A stretch of DNA of 28,954 nt from Vicugna vicugna (Eukaryota): NCBI GenBank assembly GCA_013265495.1, contig MU058844.1, forward strand, positions 3,141,520 to 3,170,473, read 5' to 3'. The notes beneath the pieces were generated by a model, which saw nothing but the letters and a program-made list of their open reading frames with translations, was not told where the DNA came from and ran no database searches. This document shows positions 21,357-28,954 of this stretch, piece after piece (position 1 is the stretch's first letter; the number at the start of each line of letters is the position of its first letter). A program made the translations under genes and the position numbers.

Positions 21357-21447
21357 GAATGTGTGTGGCTATGTTCCAATAAAACTTTATTCACAAAAAC
21401 AGGCATTGATCTGGGTTTGGCCCAGGACCATAGTTTGTCAACCCCTG
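21149..21447 (+). mobile_element. MER58A with internal (TA/CA/TG) microsatellite and 8-bp TSD
   Basis: AAATATTTTAGGCTTTGCAGACCAT..TCTGTCACAAC..CAGCCATAGAC..GTGGCTATGTTCCAATAAAACTTTATTCACAAAAACAGGC..CCATAGTTTGTCAACCCCTG. Flanks are GTCTAAAC (21141-21148) and GTCTAAGG (21448-21455). Confidence 0.93.
21270..21357. repeat. Compound (CT)/(TA)/(CA)/(TG) microsatellite
   Basis: Read directly. Confidence 0.92.
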
Positions 21448-22429
21448 GTCTAAGGCAATCAGGCAACTCCAATCCCGTTGACAGTGACTGATCTAGCCAT
21501 AGATAGGTGACCTAGTTCTGCTGGGTATGAAATAAGAGGAAGTCAGGAGGTTTCTGATAAAGAGTTTCTTTCATGATAAAAGAGAGAGGGTATGAGAAGG
21601 AGATATTTTGATCCCCTCCCTCTCTTTTTCCTTTGAACACTTGTTTGAGGATGTGATGCTTGAAGCTGTGGCAGCCATCTTGTCCTCATGAGGTTCTAAG
21701 TTGGAAAACAAAAGTCAACAGGCTGAGAATGGTGGAATGGCAAAATGGAAAGAGCTGGGATCCTCGTTGAATCACTACACTACCACTTATTTCCAAATTT
21801 CTTGTTAGGAAAACAGTAAATGTCCTGATGCTTAACTCATTGTGTATCTGGTTTTCTGTTACTTGTGACTGAAAGCATTCCTAATTAATATATCCAGAGA
21901 AGCTCAAAATGTGAATGAAATAGTTTTAATGATACCTTTAAATTCCTCTGAATATCTTGGGATATTTTCTGCCATAGCATGGAGGATGGGCTCATATAAA
22001 ATGAAAACAAGGACTACCAAAAAATGTACAGAATTTCCACCGTAGAAGGTGTAGAGATTACACCTGTGCTACCCAGTGCTGCTGGAGAGGAACCACCGTG
22101 CCTATAAAAGAGATCATTTTCACATATGAAGTCATTTTAGGTCCGGTTTTGTTAACAAGGAAGAAGAGAGGTTGGAGTAGATATGAGTAAAAGCAACTAA
22201 CAGTGACGGTCAGATCAATACAGTTACTGAAATTATTATTGATCATCCTGAACTGTCAAATAAATAGGTGGTTTGTGTTTAAGAATGCAGAGAAGTCCAC
22301 AGACTATTGTAAAAGTTTGTTGTGTAATTAAACCAAAAAGAGTTTTATATTCCTCAGAAAGCTCAGCATACATGGACTCATGTCCCCAGACCTTATATTC
22401 ATTCAATAGAAATTTACTCATAGCCTTAT

Positions 22430-22848
22430 AGTACTTTTTCAGCCCCTTCGGTGGCCTTTCTTTGTGACCTCTGGATGTTTGCACATGCTGTTTCCTCTAA
22501 ATGGAATATTCTCCCTTCTGGTCCCACCTTCCCATTTCTGTCGGGCTGCCTCTAAGTAACTCATCTTTCTGGTCTCAGACTAAATGTTAGTGTCTCAGGA
22601 AAACCTTCTTCTAACCCTATGTAATTACATTATATATTTTCACGGCTGTCTGGGATCCACCTATCATTAGGCCCATAGTACTTTACTGTAATTACTTCTT
22701 TTATTATCCATCTCCCTCAGTATATTATATGCCCTGTAACGTCTAAGATCATTTCTGGTTTGTACAGCAGGATCTAGCAGACTGTCTGCCACATGTTTAA
22801 TATATACTTGTTGAAGAAGTGATTGCATAAATAAATGAATTAATGGAA
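22430..22848 (+). mobile_element. L2 3' region
   Basis: TTTGCACATGCTGTTTCCTCT..GGAATATTCTCCC..TCTCAGACTAAATGT..CTCAGGAAAACCTTC..ACTTGTTGAAG..AATAAATGAAT. Confidence 0.8.
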
Positions 22849-22899
22849 TACCATGTAAGCTGGGAAAAAAGAAAATTGAAGACAGACCTAACATAAATG

Positions 22900-23260
22900 A
22901 TGAATACTACAATGTGGCTAAGGCAACTACAGAAGCACAAACAAGACGCTCTGGGATACAGAACAGGTGAGTTTAACATGTGTCTTGAAAAATGTGTTCA
23001 CCAGGTTGTGAAGATGGGTTAAGGACATTTCAGGCAGAAGAGACAGTAGTAGCAAAAGACTAATAAAATCCTGACTCAAGGGAATTGTGGTTGGAGAGGG
23101 TGATTGGAAACTCAGATATATTTTAAAAGTAGAATCAGCAAGATTTGTTGAGAGATTGGCTGTGAATGTTGAGGAAGCAGGTGTCCAAGATGACTTCCAC
23201 ATTTCTACCTTAGACAACTAGCATGGTGATAATACCATTTATTGTGTAGGGATTAAAAGA
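22900..23260 (-). mobile_element. L2 fragments
   Basis: AGATATATTTTAAAAGTAGAATCAGCAAGATTTGTTGAGAGATTGGCTGTG..GTCCAAGATGACTTCCACATTTCT..GACAACT..ATGGTG..CCATTTATTG. Confidence 0.75.
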
Positions 23261-24079
23261 GAAGTAAATGTTTAGGAAGCCAAGAAAGTTATCTAAACTC
23301 AAGAGAAACAGAATTTTAGAGTTTGGGGAAACTTTTTCAGTATAGGTGATAAGATGTCAGAAGTTTGCAGTGGAAAGCAGTTGGGGGAATCAATGGGGCA
23401 TAGAAGATAGTTGAAAACAGGGGCCCAAATGAGACCAAGCTCAACTGAATGCACATCTGCAAAAATCGTGGCATGATTGTAAAGTAACATTTGCTTCTTA
23501 GAAAAAAAACAGAAACAACATCATTTAAACATCCAAAAGAATGATGCTTCCTTCAATGGAATATCAGGAGGCCCTGCACTTGGGCTGACTCTACCGCTAC
23601 TACAGCTAAAAAAATATTTTCAACACTCCTTTTGGGGTCCTTTTCCTTTAAAAAGTGAAAAGGGTTTTTTTTTTTTAATATTCTCAGTAATGGCAAATCT
23701 TCATTGTTTCAGGATAAATTTGAGGCAGGGTGGCAGGGGGAGTAAAAACACTTCAGGGATAAGTCTATGAATAAGGAAAATGAATGATCATGCTATATAA
23801 GGTCATTTTAGCTCAAAAAAGAGTAGAAGCAATAGCAAGAACAATTTTCTTATATGACTTATAACTGAATCTTAAAGCAATTTTAATTCCATAAATATTT
23901 CTGTAGTGTCTGTGGGCTAGGCGCTGTGCTCTTATACGCACAATAGTGAAAAGGAAGCTGCCGACGTGTTTTGAGCAATAGCATTTGAATAAGCATCATT
24001 CAAATAAATACTCATTTTCCCCAGCTGACTCCTTTAGAAAGACATATTATTTAAAGAAGTACTATATCTGCCTCGCTTC

Positions 24080-24586
24080 CACAGTGTTGAGCCAAATGCC
24101 TCTTTATTGTGCTTCCAAAGATCTACGTGCTTATCTCTTTGATAGCATATACATATGACGTTGTTGTTATCTCTATATGTCTGTTTGCCTCACATTATGA
24201 TTATCTTATTCAGCACTTAGCACAGTGCCTGACATGGAGTAGTGGTTAATAATTACTTGTTCGTTGAATATGTAGGTAGATTAATGAGTGAGTGAGTAAA
24301 TGCATAATTTTTAAACTTCAATCAAATTTCCACTCAAATGCCTTAAAGAAGCCTTTCCCCAATGAGCCAATCTAAATATCCACTTACACCTACCCCTGTC
24401 AGTCTCTGAGCTTTTGTTTGTTTTATTTTTCTCCTTCTGTAGATCTGACATTGTGTATATACTGCCTGTTTTTTATTGTCTGTCTCACTTAGTAGAATGT
24501 GATCTTCATGAGAACAGTGGCCTTGCCACGTGGTTGTACCTAGAACGGTTGCTGGCACAGTAGTTTATTTTTGAATAAATAAATCC
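24080..24586 (+). mobile_element. Two consecutive L2 3' ends
   Basis: CAGCACTTAGCACAGTGCCTGACATGGAGTAG..TTGAAT (ends about 24300) and TTTATTGTCTGTCTC..TAGAATGTGATCTTCATGAGAACAG..CCTAGAACGGTTGCTGGCACAGTAG..TTTTTGAATAAAT (ends about 24585). Confidence 0.78.
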
Positions 24587-24587
24587 A

Positions 24588-25090
24588 TGTTTCCATTATA
24601 TGTTGTATGTAATAAGATATCCTAAAACGTAGTGGCTTAAACCAACAACTTTTATTATATCTCGTGATGCAGCTCTGGAATTAGAGCAAGGCTCAGCTAG
24701 GAGATTCTTCTGGGATCTGAGGACCTTCAGTGATATTCAGCTGGTGGGATGGACTAGTCTGGAGGAATCGAGATAGCTTCACTTACCCTTCTGCCTCCTT
24801 GGCAGAGATGACTACAGGACTGGCCTCGTGACCAAACTGCATGCACATGACCTGTCCAACATGCTTGTCTCAAGGTGGTCAGTTTTCTGAGGCTGTGGTT
24901 GAGAGCTCCCAAAGTGAGCGTTCACACAGGTTAGGCAGAAGATGTAAGACTTCCTGTTAAACAGCTTCAGAAGCCCCATTCTGCCATATTCTGTTCATCA
25001 AGCGAGTCACTAAGTCTAGCGTATATTCAAGAGCAGGTGAATTAGACTTCATCTCTCAAAGGGAGGAGTAGCAAATCTTACACATTGCAT
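24588..25090 (-). mobile_element. MLT1 (MLT1G/H-like) MaLR LTR
   Basis: CCTAAAACGTAGTGGCTTAAACCAACAAC..GGCTCAGCTAGG..ATTCAGCTGG..TCTGGAGG..GCTTCACT..TTCTGCCATATTCTGTT..AGTCACTAAG..ATTCAAG..TAGACTTCATCTCT..GGGAGGAGTAGCAAA. Confidence 0.85.
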
Positions 25091-25269
25091 GAAAGGAGAA
25101 AAGTGAATACATAAAATTGGGTAGGGATCAAAAATAAAACACTGATTGCTAGATGAGCCAGACGTAACTAACCAAGAGAAAAGAAATTACAACACAGACT
25201 TTATTGTCTATTCACAAAGAGTCCAGTTTTTATAGAGAAATCAAACTCCTGGAAAATAGTATCCATTAA

Positions 25270-25500
25270 ACATGCTCTATGCATTAGCCTCTCTAGTGAG
25301 TGCTTTATATGTGTTGTCTCATTTAGTCCTCACAAACCACACTACTGAGTGGATATTATTGTCATTATCCTCTTTAACAGATGAAGAAACTGAGGCACAG
25401 GGACAGTAAGTACTTTCCCAAGAACACATAATTGGTGAGTGACAGGAACCCAGGTACTTCAACCCCAGAGCCCACATTCTTATCCATCAAACTACAGGGC
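25270..25500 (-). mobile_element. MIR SINE
   Basis: GTGCTTTATATG..TCTCATTTAGTCCTCACAA..ATTATCC..TTTAACAGATGAAGAAACTGAGGCACAGGGA..TAAGTACTTTCCCAAG. Confidence 0.88.
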
Positions 25501-25579
25501 TCTCAAGGGAAGGATCGTAGTTTATTGCAAGGCTGATATTTCTCCCTAAAAGTGAGCAGGAAGGGCCTATTTAAAGAAA

Positions 25580-25795
25580 GTGAAAAGAACGTGAGTTTTA
25601 GAATCAGCTCTTTGTCATAACCCTGGCTCTTCCTAGTCATAACTCTGCAACTGTAGGCAAGTTATTTCATCCTAATTACTCATCTCTAAAATAAGGGTGA
25701 TAATATCTAGTTTGTAAGATGCAGTGATGATGAACGTGAGTATTATAGAGTGCCTAGAATAGAGCCATCACTTAGAAAGCCTTAAAAACTGTTAC
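25580..25795 (+). mobile_element. MIR SINE, diverged
   Basis: TTTAGAATCAG..CCCTGGCTCT..GGCAAGTTATTT..CTCATCTCTAAAATAAGGGTGATAATATCTA..AGTGCCTAGAATAG. Confidence 0.72.
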
Positions 25796-28459
25796 TTCCT
25801 TTCTCAGATACATAATGAGTGCCCTACTTATAGGGAGAATCAATCCCACTGCGTGTCACAATTTCTTCAGAATTTCTCCTGGCATAATTAAATATAATAT
25901 TTATACAGGGGAAAAAAAAGATGCTCCAGAAATTTAAGTTTATCTATCTCCCTTTGCCAGTTCAGTTTCTGCCCTATCTAGTGTCGACAATAGAATCAAT
26001 TCTTCTAGCAAAAGTAAGGTTACCACTGACAAAGTAGTGGGGGGCTGTCAACATAATTTTTCATCCGTAATAGAAATAGTTTTAGAGAAGGCTTACTTTT
26101 TAGTTAGAATTAGAATGACCTATAAAATAATACTTTGAAGAAAAATGCTCTAGATTTAGTATCTAATTCTATGTTCTACTAAGTATCATGGGGGAGAAAT
26201 GGCAATATTAGAATATCAGCATTTCTAACTTTCACAATCTTATCCCTATGATTAGCATGAATATTTTATTACCAGTAGTATATAGTCATGGCTTTATAAG
26301 AACATTTCCTTTTCTACAGCTAAAAGCACAAGATTAGTACTTGGCCACTTATAATTGTTGTCCATAATAATGTACACTACTATTTTAAGTCTTAAATTAG
26401 CTACTTGCCTGACAGATAACAAAGAATATCGATTGCATTTACCATACTCAATTCTGTACTTTCTGAAAAAGGATGAGAAATAAACTTGAGAGCAGACACG
26501 CAGCCCAAGTGTATGGAACATAAGTGCACCATTAGACCAAGGAAGATGTAGGACAGCTTTCAGGGAGCTTAGGGAAAAACTTGTAACTCTTCGAAGAGGA
26601 AGGAGGAAAAAGTAGTTACAAGTCAAGTACATAAGGCCTAGACAAATCCATGACCAGATGGAAACATTCTTGAATTCTACTGCTGCTGTGTTTACAAGCA
26701 CCTCATTTGAAGACCAGAATTGTTCCCTAGCATATATGTTATCATGCCAATTACAAAATCAGAGTATGGATCTTAGAGCAGGAGGACCACTCTAAAGCAA
26801 TAGGGTATGATAATTACAGAAGAAAAATAGGTGGGGAAAAGTCTGGTTGTTCCAATCTTAAAAGTTACGAAGCTATTTGTAAAACTTGTAAAAAGTGAGG
26901 AAGCACAGGGATGCTGAAGAGAACAGACTTCAGAGGGAACATAAAGGAGGCTGCCTAGATTTTGAGAAAGCAGTCTCCGAGCATGAGATTGTGCTGTTGG
27001 CACAGCAATCACACAAGTGACTGAAAATTGTTAAAGTTTTTTATGGCCAATGACTTACACAGGAGGCACAAATCTCTGTTAATTGTATAATAAGCGCATT
27101 GCTAAAAGCCTCCTATGAATTAAGCAGGGGAGACCAGTTAAAGAGGTAATGGTTTACTCTTTGCCTATTAAGTGACTATCACCAAGTTTGGCAGCCAAAC
27201 AAGAAAATAAAGATCAAAAGAAAGTGGACTTTTTAATCATAGATGGCTTTCAAACTCTATAAAACTCTATGCCTCTTTAGCGTCATGGAAAATTTTACAT
27301 ATTACTGCGCTTAGGATTTTAATGATTAGCACACACTTTAAATGAGATACAGTGGAAAAGTGACAGCAGGGAAAGTATGAACAGCACATGATTATAAATG
27401 CCCTGAGTCATCATGGTGGCAAGAAAATGACCAAGCTGATTGCTACACATCCTGTGTCGTTTTTGTTTTTTGTTTTTTTTTTTTAAGGGGCAAGAAGAAA
27501 GATCCTGTATGCACAATGGAAAATAATGAATGGCAACTCAGGTGTTACACTGGGAAGTTTTGGAAAGAAAGTGTTATACATATAAGTTTGGTCAGCTCCT
27601 TGGGTGTCCGATGATTTGAGACCCACTCAAAAGGATGCCTGCTCTCTAACCAAAAATAAGTCTCTCACTTATTGAGGTGTCTAAAATTAACACCATCCCT
27701 CATCAGTTTGGATTTACAGATGGAAAGGAAGACCCTAGCTCTATGGAGGAATGAGATAAAGAACCCTGAACGTGATGAAGGTCCTTTGTATTCAAAAGAA
27801 GACACAGTAAGGGCAGCAGAGAGGAAATGGAAGGGCCTCATAAATAGTTCTTTCTGAGACTGTCCAAGAATTTCGTCCAAATGGAATGAGTGATGCTTTC
27901 TATCCCTTTACCTTACTCACTGAATTGGCCATTTTGGCCTCAATAATTCTTGCTGCTTACTAAGTTGTGTTTTGTGTATTTATTATGAAGTCTTTGTTTC
28001 TTTTTGAAAAGTAATTTTGCCATTTGTCGCCTTTCCTGATCGATTCCTTTCCAGTCACCGTTAATGACTATTGATTGTGACAACTTTCAGCTTCAGATGG
28101 AGTAACTGCCTTAATATAGAGAGATTTTTTATATCCAATCAAAATATATTTTTATCTAAATCTCTCAAATATGTTTCAGATAGAGCATTTATAGGAACTA
28201 TATGCATACACTGTAGAAACGTTTGTATACATCTTAAGACACTTGCTCTGTCTAGACAGTTACCCTTATCTAGATGAGGAATTATCTATATGATAATTGG
28301 AAAATTACTATGGGCTTATATAAGTACTGAAGAAATTTAGGAAAGCCTATAGATTTCACATCTAGAGAATCTGTTCATTTATCATAATTCTCAGGTGCCT
28401 CGTTGTGCAGTAGGTAGCACCTCAGTCTCATAATTCTCAGATAGTTTAACTTTTCAGTG

Positions 28460-28690
28460 AATAGAACTTTTCTTAGAGTTATAAGGGTTAGAGGTCATGG
28501 AATTCTAAACATCTATTCAATGCAAAAGTCTCTGACAGTTAATAATGCAGATTTTGCATGTCATTTCCAGAGATGAGAAACTCACTACTTTGTAAGCATA
28601 ACATTCCATGCCTAATTGAGGATGAGTTTGAATCCTTCCTTTCCGTTATCCTTCTACTCCTCCAATTTAGTTTATCTCAGAGTCCTATAG
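28460..28690 (-). mobile_element. Possible CR1/L3 3' end remnant
   Basis: AGAACTTTTCTTAGAGTT..TTAGAGGTCAT..TTCCAGAGATGAGAAACTCACTACTT..CATTCCAT resembles antisense L3. Confidence 0.5.
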
Positions 28691-28865
28691 AGTAAGTCCT
28701 CAATATTTTCTCTCATCTCCATCCCCTTCATTACTCCCCTTTTTATGTCCTCATCACTTCCAATTGCATTACTGAAATAGCCCAGTCTTCCCAGAGAGTT
28801 CTCCTCACCCCTTGCAACCATTAATTCATTAATTCACTTTTTTTCTGATCTTATTACATTTAATG

Positions 28866-28954
28866 ACTTTTTATTGAAGCATAATTGATTTGCAATATTG
28901 TGCTAGTTTCTGGTGTACAGCATAGTGATTCAGTGTTATATTATATATATATAT
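28866..28954 (-). mobile_element. L1 3' end, runs off the window edge
   Basis: TTTTTATTGAAGCATAATTGATTTGCAATATTGTGCTAGTTTCTGGTGTACAGCATAGTGATTCAG followed by (TA)n. Confidence 0.9.

Larger units (their letters stand above)
21050..21892 (+). mobile_element. MLT1K/L-like MaLR LTR, interrupted by MER58A
   Basis: AGGGGATGAATCATAGTCTAA[MER58A]GGCAATCA..CAGTGACTG..GTGACCTAGTTCTG..GAGGAAGTC..GATGTGATGCTTGAAGCTGTGGCAGCCATCTTG..GGTTTTCTGTTACTTGTGACTGAAAGCATTCCTAATTAATA. Confidence 0.82.

Noticed and set aside
21224..21491. ORFs with YI/YV repeats
   Set aside because: Translation artefacts of the microsatellite inside MER58A.
26294..26701. 135-aa minus-strand ORF as a gene
   Set aside because: Non-ATG start, no recognisable domain, no convincing splice boundaries, and a length compatible with chance.
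27059..27101. 43-nt minus-strand micro-exon (TTTTAG ... GTAAGT)
   Set aside because: Very short pyrimidine tract, frame-shifting length, and no recognisable peptide.
26987..27120. H/ACA snoRNA (ACACAA after a hairpin)
   Set aside because: The hairpins are too short or poorly paired, and there is no ACA box after the second hairpin.
28391..28416. Loose resemblance to miR-18-family sequence
   Set aside because: Several mismatches and indels, and only a 6-bp stem; not a miRNA precursor.
1..28954. Prokaryote-style novel system (CRISPR array, operon, defence island, retron)
   Set aside because: The sequence is mammalian and repeat-rich, with no gene-dense region and no regularly spaced repeat-spacer array.

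Overview
AT-rich, CpG-poor eutherian mammal genomic DNA, not prokaryotic. A tRNA-derived SINE at 79-233 resembling the camelid Vic-1 family, plus artiodactyl-type L1 tails, suggests a camelid genome. Roughly 40-50% of the window (estimated by eye) is decayed transposable element sequence: L1, L2, CR1/L3, MIR, hAT MITEs (MER3, MER5, MER58A) and ERVL/MaLR LTRs (LTR33, MLT2, MLT1), with several nested insertions. The rest is unique intronic or intergenic sequence. I find no credible intact protein-coding gene; the only ORFs with recognisable homology are broken L1 ORF2 pieces and a CR1 ORF2 remnant. I cannot support a claim of a new biological system. The best leads are modest: a box C/D snoRNA-like unit whose C box was duplicated by a 25-bp tandem repeat (20772-20867), six 8-12 bp palindromes in about 80 bp including a perfect SMAD element (28201-28279), a well-signalled non-coding exon candidate on the minus strand (9162-9430), and a few enhancer-like motif clusters. 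TE subfamily names come from my recollection of consensus sequences and boundaries are approximate; both need RepeatMasker/Dfam confirmation.
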